Below, piece by piece: positions 27,776-37,185 of a DNA stretch of 64,000 nucleotides; position 1 is the stretch's first letter; each line of letters opens with the position of its first letter. The DNA comes from an uncultured delta proteobacterium. Lineage in GTDB: Bacteria; Desulfobacterota; Binatia; Binatales; Binataceae. The notes beneath the pieces were generated by a model. That model was not told the origin of the DNA. It saw nothing but the letters and a program-made list of their open reading frames with translations, and did not search any database. A program made the translations under genes and the position numbers. The stretch is taken from positions 1,568,001 to 1,632,000 of the forward strand of contig CAWCDG010000004.1 of assembly GCA_963794325.1 (NCBI GenBank), given 5' to 3'.

Positions 27776-28678
27776 GTGGTGGGCGTCGAGATCACGAAGC
27801 CGGAAAAAGTTCTGTGGCCCGACGCCGGCGATCGCAAGCCGGTCACCAAGCTGGATTTGGCGAAATATTACGAGGCGGTCGGGCCCTGGATGATCGCGCA
27901 TCTGAAAGGCCGGCCGTGCTCGATTGTCCGTGCGCCCGATGGGATTGGCGGACAGCATTTCTTTCAGCGCCATGCGATGCCGGGGACGTCGAGCATGCTC
28001 ACCCTGACCAGGGTTGCCGGCAGCAAGGAACCGTATCTTCAAATCGATCGCATCGAAGCTCTCGCGGAAATCGCGCAACTGGCTGGACTGGAGCTGCATC
28101 CGTGGAATTGCCAGCCCGGGAATCCTGAGGTGCCCGGGCGCCTGGTGTTCGATCTCGATCCGGCGCCCGGGGTTGATTTTGCAGACGTCGTCGAGGGCGC
28201 GTGCGAAGTTTGCGGTCGGCTGGAAGCGGTCGGCCTCGTGGGCTTTTGCAAAACGACAGGCGGCAAGGGGATGCATGTCGTGTCGCCGCTCAGCCGCCCG
28301 AAAAAGGGCGAACTGTCGTGGGCGGATGCCAAAGCCTTCGCCCGCAATCTCTGCTTACAAATGGTCGCCGACAATCCCAAACGATATCTCGCGAAGATGA
28401 CGAAGAAGGCGCGCACCGGCCGAATCTACCTCGACTACTTGCGCAACGATCGCACCGCGACCGCAGTGGCGCCGCTGTCACCGCGCGCCCGCGACGGCGC
28501 TCCGGTGTCGATGCCACTGCTATGGACGCAGGTACGTTCCGGAATCGACCCTCGACGCTTCACGATTCGCACCGCTCCGACACTCATCGCGAAAAGCACA
28601 GCATGGCAAGACTACTGCGATTCCGAACGACCGCTCGCGCCGGCAATCAAGCGATTGACAAAAGCTACCGCGGCTTGA
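27776..28678 (+). CDS. ligD: LigD primase-polymerase domain only (no phosphoesterase or ligase domain)
   Basis: [64 protein letters not shown]. Confidence 0.88.
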   Translation: MVGVEITKPEKVLWPDAGDRKPVTKLDLAKYYEAVGPWMIAHLKGRPCSIVRAPDGIGGQHFFQRHAMPGTSSMLTLTRVAGSKEPYLQIDRIEALAEIAQLAGLELHPWNCQPGNPEVPGRLVFDLDPAPGVDFADVVEGACEVCGRLEAVGLVGFCKTTGGKGMHVVSPLSRPKKGELSWADAKAFARNLCLQMVADNPKRYLAKMTKKARTGRIYLDYLRNDRTATAVAPLSPRARDGAPVSMPLLWTQVRSGIDPRRFTIRTAPTLIAKSTAWQDYCDSERPLAPAIKRLTKATAA

Positions 28679-30066
28679 GTGCGTCGTTCTGGCGTGCGCT
28701 GATTCTGATCATCGGCGTGCATTGCCTTGCTGGATGCGGAACGATGCCTGATGCGTTCGCGCTGATGCACGACCATAAGATGTACCGGCGCCATTTCAAG
28801 GTCGTCAGCAGTCAGGGACCGCTGTCAGCCAGCGAGAGCAAAGAGATCATCGAAAGGCTCGAGGAGCGGAGCGGCAAGAGCGACATCCTCGGGCGCCATC
28901 TGGCTTTCGAACAGGCAATCAGCGGAAGTCCGCTGATACTGGGAAACCAGGTGACGTTGCTCGAGAACGGCGCGGCTACCTATCGGGCGATGTTAGGCGC
29001 GATCGAAGGCGCGACCCACAACATCAATCTCGAAACCTACACCTTCGACGGCGACAAGATTGGGGAACGGTTCGCGAATGCGCTGATCGAGAAACAGCAG
29101 CAGGGGGTTCAGGTAAATGTAATTTACGACGGCTTCGGATCCGTTCTCACGCCTCGCAGCTTTTTCAATCGGATGCGCGCGAACAACATCCACCTGGTCG
29201 AGTTTGACCCGCTCGATCCCTTTGCGGCGGGCTTTCGATGGGCTCCGCTACATCGCGACCATCGCAAGTTGATGATTGTGGACGGCTCGATCGCAATCAC
29301 CGGCGGCATCAACATTTCGGGTGTCAATTCCAGCAGTCTCACAATAGAGAGCAAGAATTCATCCAACGCGGTCTTGTATTCGTGGCGTGACAGCGACGTG
29401 CAAGTCGAAGGTCCGGCGGTATCAGAATACCAGGAACTATTCTTCGCCAACTGGCGCAATCAAGGCGGCGCGCCGCTCAACCACTTTGAGGACTATTTTC
29501 CAGCCGTCGGCAATCGTGGTGATCAGATCGTTCGCGTGCTCGGAACCGTGCCGCAGGAATTCAGCACGATCTACGTGACGCTGATCTCCGCGATCCGCAA
29601 CGCCGAGAAGAACGTCTATATCACCGATGCTTATTTTGCGCCCGACAGTCAGATGCTGGAAGCACTGGAAGGCGCGGCGAAACGCGGCGTGGACGTTCGC
29701 TTGCTCCTGCCCGGGCGCACCGACCAGCCGGTGATTGGGCGCGCGGCGCGCGCTTACTTTTCCGAACTGTTGGCGGCAGGGGTCAAAATTTACCTTTGGC
29801 AGGGTAAAATGCTGCACGCGAAGACCGCAACTATCGACGGGGTCTGGTCCACGGTCGGTTCGTCGAATCTCGATTGGTGGAGCATCGCGCGCAACGACGA
29901 AATCAACACAGTAGTCCTCAGCGTCCGATTCGGAGACGAAATGAACGCAGCGTTTATGCGCGATCTAAAGAACTCGGAGCAGATAGAAGCTACTGAGTGG
30001 CAACAACGATCGCCTATCGAGCGAATCGAGGAAGCTATCGCACGAACCCTCAAGCCGATGCTCTAG
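28675..30066 (+). CDS. cls: Cardiolipin synthase / phospholipase D family
   Basis: Two HKD motifs ([16 protein letters not shown]), WRDSD, VGSSNLD; N-terminal LAGC lipobox; TTG start assumed. Confidence 0.88.
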   Translation: MSASFWRALILIIGVHCLAGCGTMPDAFALMHDHKMYRRHFKVVSSQGPLSASESKEIIERLEERSGKSDILGRHLAFEQAISGSPLILGNQVTLLENGAATYRAMLGAIEGATHNINLETYTFDGDKIGERFANALIEKQQQGVQVNVIYDGFGSVLTPRSFFNRMRANNIHLVEFDPLDPFAAGFRWAPLHRDHRKLMIVDGSIAITGGINISGVNSSSLTIESKNSSNAVLYSWRDSDVQVEGPAVSEYQELFFANWRNQGGAPLNHFEDYFPAVGNRGDQIVRVLGTVPQEFSTIYVTLISAIRNAEKNVYITDAYFAPDSQMLEALEGAAKRGVDVRLLLPGRTDQPVIGRAARAYFSELLAAGVKIYLWQGKMLHAKTATIDGVWSTVGSSNLDWWSIARNDEINTVVLSVRFGDEMNAAFMRDLKNSEQIEATEWQQRSPIERIEEAIARTLKPML

Positions 30067-30086
30067 GTGTCTGACCGCGCAGACTA

Positions 30087-30239
30087 ATAGCCACGCAGGT
30101 AGAGACCAGCAGCCCTACTACTTACACCACCACCACGGATGATCACGACAGCATCCTGGGATCGACGGCGCACGCTGTCGGCACCATAATCGCGGCATCG
30201 TTCCGGCTGGTTGGCGACGCGCTGAGCATCGTCTTTTAG
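30087..30239 (+). pseudogene. Startless remnant of a small Thr-rich membrane-associated protein
   Basis: TSSPTTYTTTTDDHDSILGSTAHAVGTIIAASFRLVGDALSIVF*; in-frame TGA at 30072. Confidence 0.35.
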
Positions 30240-30498
30240 AATCGATCCGGCTTCGCGTGGTTGTTTAATCGCGTTTTAGCGCGCTGAAGTTTGGTCAGGC
30301 GCGCCGCTTGACGCAAGGACCCAATCGACGGTAATTTTTCGTCCGAACATTACCTAATTTGCTGTCGCGCTAATTCTCAGACGCCGGTGCCGGAAACCTC
30401 ATGTCTGATCTGGGACTTCGAGAGGCAGAATTTACTAAGGCGGCTACGGGTCGCATGACACCGATTCGTCTGGCGCCCAGCTTGGAGTGTCTCTTGAG

Positions 30499-31602
30499 AT
30501 GAGGCGCGAGGACGAAACAGTGGCGAACCCGCTTATGCGGGACGATCCCGATCATTTATTCTCGCTCTTGATGGGTAACATCCCCGCACGCGTTTGGATA
30601 AAGGACGCGCTCGGGCGATACGTGTTCGTCAATCCGCAGCTTTGTTCGGATATTGGCATCGGACGCGAAAAATGGATTGGCTCGACTGACGAAGAATTGT
30701 TTCCAAACGTAGGTGAGGTCTATTGGCGCAAGGACCAGCAGGTCCTCTCCACCGGTAACCCATTGGTATCCACTGACCAGGTCGAGCGAGGAAAATTTCT
30801 TTTCGTCATCAGATTTCCCTTGGCCATAGATCGCAAGGACCATGTCGCCGCGGTGGGCGTCGAGACCACGGAGCAAATGTCGGCTCTGATCGGTTTCTTC
30901 CACTTGCGCGACGAACTGTTTCGAAACGAGCGGCTGCGGGCGATCGGCGAGATGGCTTCCGGCCTGGCGCACGACCTGAGGAATATTCTGAACGCGAGTA
31001 CTCTCAGGCTTAATATTCTGCGGTCGAAGGCCGGCGAGAATTTGACCCAGGATCTGGACGCGCTAGCGAGAACCGTCAATGCGGCTGCCGAGCGGGTGCG
31101 CGGACTTCAGGAATTTGTGAACGAGCGGCCACAGGAGAACCTGGAGAGTTCTGACATTTCAGTCCTGATAGCTGAAGCTGTCGAAATGGTCGACTATCTA
31201 ATCGAGAAGACACCGACGGTAAAAGGCGGCACCGTCAAACTGGAAGTCGAGATTCCTGCTTCATTGCCGAAGGTTTGGGCTTTTCCAAACCAGGTGAAGC
31301 ACGTGATTGCGAATCTTCTGATCAACGGACGCGAAGCGATGCCAGACGGCGGCATTCTGACAATCGAAGCCAGATCGAGTTCGAATACCGTCGAGGTGGC
31401 CGTGATGGATGAAGGCATCGGCATTCCTGAAGACGTTCAGCATAAGATGTTCGAACCGTTCTTCACGACCAAGGAGCTAGGCACTGGTTTGGGTCTCTCG
31501 ATGGCGCGCGATGTCATGACCAGATTAGGCGGGCAGATTCGCGCCGAGAACCATTCTCCACAAGGAGCAGCGATCTTCCTGAATTTTCGCATCGCGGAAT
31601 AG
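30499..31602 (+). CDS. Cytoplasmic PAS sensor histidine kinase (NtrB-like)
   Basis: WIKDALGRYVFVN PAS motif, AHDLRNIL, NLLING, DEGIGI, FEPFFTTK, GTGLGL; start uncertain. Confidence 0.9.
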   Translation: MRREDETVANPLMRDDPDHLFSLLMGNIPARVWIKDALGRYVFVNPQLCSDIGIGREKWIGSTDEELFPNVGEVYWRKDQQVLSTGNPLVSTDQVERGKFLFVIRFPLAIDRKDHVAAVGVETTEQMSALIGFFHLRDELFRNERLRAIGEMASGLAHDLRNILNASTLRLNILRSKAGENLTQDLDALARTVNAAAERVRGLQEFVNERPQENLESSDISVLIAEAVEMVDYLIEKTPTVKGGTVKLEVEIPASLPKVWAFPNQVKHVIANLLINGREAMPDGGILTIEARSSSNTVEVAVMDEGIGIPEDVQHKMFEPFFTTKELGTGLGLSMARDVMTRLGGQIRAENHSPQGAAIFLNFRIAE

Positions 31603-31770
31603 TTACACGCCGGCGCGTAGTTTTTACATGCTTCACAAGTGCCGATGCAAAAATTGGCACGGATCCCTGCTTCGAGCGGAATAAAACAGCCACTTTCCCG
31701 ATAACCCCTAAGTACATCTCTTGCTTATATTGGCGAGCCGTCCGCGACGCGGTTTGGCGGAGGTGTAGTA

Positions 31771-32814
31771 ATGCTCGAAACAAACGTGGCTCTGGATTCG
31801 ACTTCCAGCAGCGAAGATCTACCGGAGCCATCTGCGGCCGATTTGAAATCAAATGATTTTCGCGAGCTGGGGTCGGCGCCAATCGATTTGAAGCCTGGCG
31901 ACCTGGTCGAAGTTCTTGGCGCCGCCGAAATCATGTCGAGCCTCGATGCCGACGGGAAGCTCGACGGCTTGCCGTTCATGCCCGAGATGCTGGCATTTTG
32001 CGGACGTCGTGTTCGCGTATCCAAACGGGCGGACAACACTTGCGCGCTCGGCCAGCCTCGACGAATCGAACAGGCGGTCCATCTGGAGCAACTGAGGTGC
32101 GACGGATCGGCGCATGGCGGATGCGAGGCGGGCTGTCTCTTTCTGTGGAAGGAAGCGTGGCTTCGCCGCGTCAAGGACACTGCGGAAGAATCGCGTCCTA
32201 CGCTCGTCGCAGTTCCGTCCTCCGGGACCGGCGACGCCGCTTATCGTCTGCTGAGTGAGTTCGCACAGAAGCCGAACGACACTCTTATGTGCCAGGCGAC
32301 AGAGTTGGCCTCAGCGAGTTGTCCGGCGCCGGTAGGAAGCTCTTCGAAATACTTCGCCAAGGTCGCGCGAGATTGCCTCGAGCATAAGCGAAGCTCCCGC
32401 GACCTGCGCCAGCTCATGATTTATTTCTGGGGCAAAGCGATTCTGTATGCGTTCAAGCTGTGGGCGCGCGCCCCGTGGAATGCTGATCGATACCGGAAGA
32501 CACCGGCAACAGTGTTAGATTTGCAGCCGGGCGAAGTGGTGCGAGTTCGTGGGATGTTCGAAATTCTGCAGACGCTTGATCGCAAGGGCTGTAATCGGGG
32601 CATGGAATTCAAGCCCGAGATGTTCCAGTTCTGCGGCCGCAAGTTTCCGGTTATCTTGAACATGCAGCGACGGATCGACGAACGAAGCGGCGATCTGAAG
32701 GGTTTCAAGAGCCCATCCATCGTGCTCGAAGCTGTCTATTGCCAGGGTCAGCGATCGTTCTGTCAGCGTGCGAACTATCATTACTGGCGCGAGATCTGGT
32801 TGAGCCGGGTATAG
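31771..32814 (+). CDS. Hypothetical protein with two homologous Cys-containing SH3-like modules
   Basis: L.PG..V.V....EI...LD..G...G..F.PEM..FCGR and W.E.WL.RV each occur twice; GGAGG RBS. Confidence 0.8.
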   Translation: MLETNVALDSTSSSEDLPEPSAADLKSNDFRELGSAPIDLKPGDLVEVLGAAEIMSSLDADGKLDGLPFMPEMLAFCGRRVRVSKRADNTCALGQPRRIEQAVHLEQLRCDGSAHGGCEAGCLFLWKEAWLRRVKDTAEESRPTLVAVPSSGTGDAAYRLLSEFAQKPNDTLMCQATELASASCPAPVGSSSKYFAKVARDCLEHKRSSRDLRQLMIYFWGKAILYAFKLWARAPWNADRYRKTPATVLDLQPGEVVRVRGMFEILQTLDRKGCNRGMEFKPEMFQFCGRKFPVILNMQRRIDERSGDLKGFKSPSIVLEAVYCQGQRSFCQRANYHYWREIWLSRV

Positions 32815-32818
32815 GACG

Positions 32819-33736
32819 ATGCAGGCATCTGAACTGGCGGAATTTTTCAGCGCGATCGGTAATCGGGTAATCCAGACTGAGAGCTGCTACTGGTACGACT
32901 CCCAGCCTTTTCTGTTCAAGAGTCTGCCGGTTCATCGCCTGGTCGATCCTTCTTCGTCGGAAATAGCGCAGGTCATGATCAAAGGCCCCGCGTTCGCGCT
33001 GCGGTATCCGAAGACACCCGACCACGCCGGTCCGCGCGGCGGAATGTACATTTGCTCGAATCGCAACTACGACATCCAGGCGCTGACCTCGCAGAACGTT
33101 CGCAGCCGAACGCGCCGGGGTCTCGCGCGATGCCGCATCGAGCAGATCGAGTTCCCGTACCTGGCGGAGCATGGCCACGCGTTGACTACCGAAACCACTT
33201 TGCGCCAGATGGGCAAGATGCCGAGCACGACCGAGGCGGAGTGGCATCTGTTCTGCGAGAACGCCAGCCGTTCGAAGGACTTCGAGGCGTGGGGAGCATT
33301 CGTCGAGAATCGGCTGGCGACGTTCATCGTGGGGATGCTGGTCGAGGATTGTTACTACATCCACTTGCAGAAGAGCGCTTCTGATTTGCTGAAGTACTAT
33401 CCGAACAATGCGCTGCTGTTCACCGTGATGAAGACCAAGCTGGCGTGTCCGGAGGTCGCTTACATCTCGCACGGGCCCAAAGCACTCGCGGTGGGGAAAG
33501 GGCTCGACTACTTCAAGACCAGCATGGGTTTCGAGATGCAGCCGTACACGGATCACGTCGTCTTCAATCCATTGGTGAAGCCGTTCCTGATGTGGAAGGG
33601 CGATGCGGTAGTCAATCGGCTGGTGCAGCGCTACCCGGACAATCTGTTCTGGCAGCGAGCCTCGCGCGCATTGCGGGTCGCGCGGGGCGAAGAAGTCGGC
33701 GCAGAGCAATCGGGGAGCGCAGAGCTCGCTTCGTAA
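32819..33736 (+). CDS. GNAT/FemAB-like acyl- or aminoacyl-transferase
   Basis: VRSRTRRGL, AWGAFVENRLATF, YPNNALLF and GLDYFKTSMGF FemAB-type motifs. Confidence 0.7.
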   Translation: MQASELAEFFSAIGNRVIQTESCYWYDSQPFLFKSLPVHRLVDPSSSEIAQVMIKGPAFALRYPKTPDHAGPRGGMYICSNRNYDIQALTSQNVRSRTRRGLARCRIEQIEFPYLAEHGHALTTETTLRQMGKMPSTTEAEWHLFCENASRSKDFEAWGAFVENRLATFIVGMLVEDCYYIHLQKSASDLLKYYPNNALLFTVMKTKLACPEVAYISHGPKALAVGKGLDYFKTSMGFEMQPYTDHVVFNPLVKPFLMWKGDAVVNRLVQRYPDNLFWQRASRALRVARGEEVGAEQSGSAELAS

Positions 33737-33794
33737 TGCGAGTCGGGGCAGTGGATCTTCGCTGAGTGCGGCCCGGATTTCACCGGAAGCCGAG

Positions 33795-33864
33795 AATCAC
33801 CGGCTGAAGCCGGTGCCACTTGAAAGAGGAATGATTTTGGTGGCACAGGCTTTAGCCTGTGATT
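33795..33864. repeat. Inverted pair of REP-like palindromes between convergent genes
   Basis: CACCGGCTGAAGCCGGTGCCAC (33798-33819) and GTGGCACAGGCTTTAGCCTGTG (33840-33861): GTGG tetranucleotide plus hairpin. Confidence 0.75.
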
Positions 33865-33891
33865 TCCGAGGGGGACAGGAAGGCGCGATCC

Positions 33892-35202
33892 TTAGAGTGA
33901 AGTGCGGTAGTAGTGGACGGCCTGGGTCATGCCGCCGGATAGGCGGGTGCGGACGTAGTTCATGAAGTTGGTGGTGAATACGTACTTTGGTTTCAGGTAA
34001 ATGCCGCCGTTGTTCAAGGAGAAGAGGATTCGGTGCATCTTCCAGTTCCGGAAATTCTGATGGAGCTGGAATCGAGCCGATACTCCAAGAGTTTGAATTC
34101 CGAACGGGAACTTGAAGCTGAACCATAAGGGCTGGGAATTAATCGACAGGTCTGGCCGATAGGGCTCTTGAATTTCCGCTATTTGTCCATTGGCTAACGA
34201 AAATTCAACAGTCTTATCGAGATCCGGAATCTTGATGGTTACCGGGCGCAATAGCATCAGCAGCGGGCGAGGGTAACGCTCACGTATCTGCGCGGCCATC
34301 GCCTTATAAGCGTCGAAAATATCGCTCAGAGATTTGGTGTCGATAGGGTCATAGGTCAACTCGTCCCATTTAGGCAGTGACGCGTAACGATTCAGAGCTT
34401 GCGAGGAGTCGTGTGCGTCGCCGACCTGGTAACTGTCGCCTGGATAGAGGACTGCAGCGGATTGACCTTGTTGAGTCAGATAGTCGTAGGCGTCGTGCAC
34501 CGTGTTGGCGAACGGATTTACGTATTTGTTGTCCTCGGTCGAGAAGTAGATGAAGCTGGCGAAAGGTATGGTGACTTTCGCGTCGAGCGCGCGATGTACC
34601 TCCGACATGTTGCGAAGGATCTGCTTCGCGCGATCCGGCAAATAGCGATCCGGCGGCTCGAAGCCGGCGTAGGCAGCTATCGAGAACTGGCTGAGAAGCG
34701 TGTCGACGTGTTTGAGGTCTTGCAAGATCAGCCGGCATTCGGGAGTGCTTATGCGCGCATCGTTTTGATTCAGTATTACCTGTTGATCGTCGATGACGGC
34801 CAGCGCCGAATCCATCAGGCCGGCGTGGTAGCAGTACACCTTCGGAGATCCTTCTGTAAGCGGCACTATCTCGCGATGAGGCAGTAGCTGAATGCGTTGA
34901 TAGCCCATGCCCTTGAACGCGGCGACTATCTTTGCCGAGTCGCGAGTCTGGAAGAGGACAGTTACGCGCTGTTTGAAGGAATCCGGAAATGAACCCAAGG
35001 TTGGAAAATGGCAATGGTCGGGATGCTCATGCGATATCCAGAGATAGTCGATACGATCCAGCAGCACGGGATTTAACACTGGGTCGGGACGCAGAGTCCA
35101 CGAATTGTTAAAAATTTTCCCGGACAGCCACGGGTCCATCAGAATCGAGGCGCCGGAGCACTCGACGATCACGCTCGCATGTCCTATGAAGTGGATTTTC
35201 AT
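33892..35202 (-). CDS. Metallo-beta-lactamase-fold protein (UlaG/CMP-Neu5Ac-hydroxylase-like, no Rieske domain)
   Basis: FIGHAS, MDPWLSG..F..SW, ISHEHPDH, MDSAL, NQND, IPFAS. Confidence 0.8.
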   Translation of the reverse strand: MKIHFIGHASVIVECSGASILMDPWLSGKIFNNSWTLRPDPVLNPVLLDRIDYLWISHEHPDHCHFPTLGSFPDSFKQRVTVLFQTRDSAKIVAAFKGMGYQRIQLLPHREIVPLTEGSPKVYCYHAGLMDSALAVIDDQQVILNQNDARISTPECRLILQDLKHVDTLLSQFSIAAYAGFEPPDRYLPDRAKQILRNMSEVHRALDAKVTIPFASFIYFSTEDNKYVNPFANTVHDAYDYLTQQGQSAAVLYPGDSYQVGDAHDSSQALNRYASLPKWDELTYDPIDTKSLSDIFDAYKAMAAQIRERYPRPLLMLLRPVTIKIPDLDKTVEFSLANGQIAEIQEPYRPDLSINSQPLWFSFKFPFGIQTLGVSARFQLHQNFRNWKMHRILFSLNNGGIYLKPKYVFTTNFMNYVRTRLSGGMTQAVHYYRTSL

Positions 35203-35264
35203 TTGCCATGCGTTGGGATTGTTATTCGGATCGGGCTTGTCGACCGCGACATAACGGATGAAAG

Positions 35265-35338
35265 AGCTCCGGGCGGGCGCGGGAACTGGCCTATCGTCGT
35301 GGTGGGGAGCTTTCGGTCAGCCGCGGCCCACCGGAGCT
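35265..35338 (-). other. Long hairpin in the MBL-gene 5' leader
   Basis: AGCTCCGG...CCGGAGCT outer stem with nested pairing; minus-strand loop contains CTCCCCACC. Confidence 0.5.
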
Positions 35339-35390
35339 AGAAAAAGTCGAAGTTTTTACGTACTCGTACAATCCTCTCTAGAGAAAACCA

Positions 35391-35406
35391 TGCAGATCGC
35401 GTGCCG
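35391..35406 (-). promoter_or_regulatory. sigma54 -24/-12 promoter motif
   Basis: Minus strand CGGCACGCGATCTGCA, upstream of the MBL gene. Confidence 0.7.
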
Positions 35407-35636
35407 ATTATTGCGATGAATCAGAAGCAATGAGTTCGAAGAAGTTAGAGAGAAATATGCTGAGAGCATCGAAGGTTTTCTGTGAATGGCGGTGAATCTC
35501 GAAATCGGCGATGCAAAGGTGGAATCGGGCCGAGTGTGTAGTCGTGAAAAAAATTCGCTTAAGCCGACTCTAACTGGAAGACCGACCAGCGGGCTCAACT
35601 CCAATGGCTAGAACGAGGTTGCGTGAATTGAACCGG

Positions 35637-35652
35637 TGGCATCTTCGTTGCT
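35637..35652 (+). promoter_or_regulatory. sigma54 -24/-12 promoter motif
   Basis: TGGCATCTTCGTTGCT, just upstream of the wzy-like gene. Confidence 0.75.
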
Positions 35653-35667
35653 TTTCGAGCAGAGCAG

Positions 35668-37185
35668 ATGATGCAAAATTTACAAAGGGCCCCCGAGCAG
35701 ATCATCGAGCCGCAATGGACGAAAGTCCTGCCTGACGCCAATGACCGAGGCGCGCATAAATTCGGGCTCTCGATTTCAGGTTTCAAATATCCGATAGCAG
35801 CGGCAGTAGGATTGGTGGTGCTTGTTCTGCTGACCCATCCTGAGGGCGGTGCGATAGTTGCGGTCGCGATTGCTGCGGCGGTGATTTTGCCATACGCAAT
35901 TTACTATACGAGCGAACACGTTGGCGGGCTGCTAATTGTGCTCGTGGTGATCGAGGCGTTTGCAGCCAGCTACTTCGCCTCAAATTCGGACGACCAGATT
36001 GGTGCCCTGATTCGATATCCCTTGAACCTGTTGTTTGTGCTGCCGTTTATTCCGGCGCTGTGGAGATCAGGAATTCTGCGGCAGGGTGGATTTCGAGATT
36101 ACGCGATTTATTTGGTTTGGGCGTTGTTCAGCGTGTCCTATTCGATTCTGCCGACAGTTTCACTCGCCCGGTCGTTCGCAGCGATCCTGCCGTTCCTGGC
36201 ATTGTGCGCGATTATCTTGGAAGTCAGGAGCGAAAACGACGCACATAGATTTATGGGAGTGCTGCTGGCCGGCTGCGGAATCGTCGTCGCGGCCAACTTC
36301 CTTTATATGCTGATTAATCCGGGCCTGGCGTGGCAGCCTGATACCCAAAGCGGCATGCTTCGGTTCGACGGATTTCTTACCGAGCCGAACGAGATCGGTA
36401 ACTTGACGCTGGCGACTGTGGGCGCGGGGTACGGCTATTGGCCAGTCGCTAAGGGGTGGAAGAAAGGTCTGACTGCAGCCGCGATGATCGGATCGATCGT
36501 GCAGGGCGTGATGGCAGACTCGCGAACGCCAATTATCGCGATCGTAATCGGTTGCGCGGTTTACCTGGTGTTGAAATATCGAGCGAAGGGCGCGGTCGGC
36601 ATCGTAGTGATGTACCTAATCTTCTACGCAGCCGCGCACGCGATTCCCAGCATGCACGAGTACCTGGATCGAGGAGATGTCGCGAGCTTCACGGGGCGAG
36701 AAGTGGCATGGGATTTCGGAGTCCGCAGCATCAAGGCCAGTCCGCTGGTGGGATATGGATACGAGGTCGAGGGCCAAATCCTCTTGAGTCCATACTTCCA
36801 GGGATGGGACGCGGTCTGGGGCATGGGCTACAAATCGTCTCTGCATAACGGCTACCTCTCGCGCGCGGTGAGCCTCGGAATACCCGCACTCCTGTTCTGG
36901 CTGTTTATTATATTACGGCCGATGGTCAGCTGCTTTTTACGCAACGGCGACCCGTGGAAGCTGAAATGGTTGGTACCGCTCGCATTGGTGCCGATGTTGA
37001 TCCTGGAAACGACCGAATCGGTCGTCGATTTCCGTTCATTCGCCGGCGTGATGATGGGGCTGGTCTGGGTAATGCTGGAGCGCGAGAGACTATTCGCTCG
37101 GGCGCAAGCTGCCGCGCGCGCAACAGTCGAGGAAGAATCGAAAGCACCAATCGTCCGCGCTCTGCAGCGAGCACATGCCTCGTGA
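35668..37185 (+). CDS. O-antigen ligase/Wzy-family polymerase
   Basis: Multi-TM protein; RFDGFLTEPN, SRT, TGREVAW, PLVGYG, LHNGYL. Confidence 0.85.
   Translation: MMQNLQRAPEQIIEPQWTKVLPDANDRGAHKFGLSISGFKYPIAAAVGLVVLVLLTHPEGGAIVAVAIAAAVILPYAIYYTSEHVGGLLIVLVVIEAFAASYFASNSDDQIGALIRYPLNLLFVLPFIPALWRSGILRQGGFRDYAIYLVWALFSVSYSILPTVSLARSFAAILPFLALCAIILEVRSENDAHRFMGVLLAGCGIVVAANFLYMLINPGLAWQPDTQSGMLRFDGFLTEPNEIGNLTLATVGAGYGYWPVAKGWKKGLTAAAMIGSIVQGVMADSRTPIIAIVIGCAVYLVLKYRAKGAVGIVVMYLIFYAAAHAIPSMHEYLDRGDVASFTGREVAWDFGVRSIKASPLVGYGYEVEGQILLSPYFQGWDAVWGMGYKSSLHNGYLSRAVSLGIPALLFWLFIILRPMVSCFLRNGDPWKLKWLVPLALVPMLILETTESVVDFRSFAGVMMGLVWVMLERERLFARAQAAARATVEEESKAPIVRALQRAHAS

Noticed and set aside
30297-30312. 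AGGCGCGCCGCTTGAC upstream of the PAS kinase
   Set aside because: -12 element reads GA, not GC
31655-31671. TGGCACGGATCCCTGCT upstream of the 31771 gene
   Set aside because: GG-to-GC spacing is 11 rather than the strict 10, so it is not counted, although a candidate enhancer lies 30 bp upstream
33841-33856. TGGCAC... sigma54-like string
   Set aside because: Part of the REP palindrome, wrong spacing, and located between convergent genes
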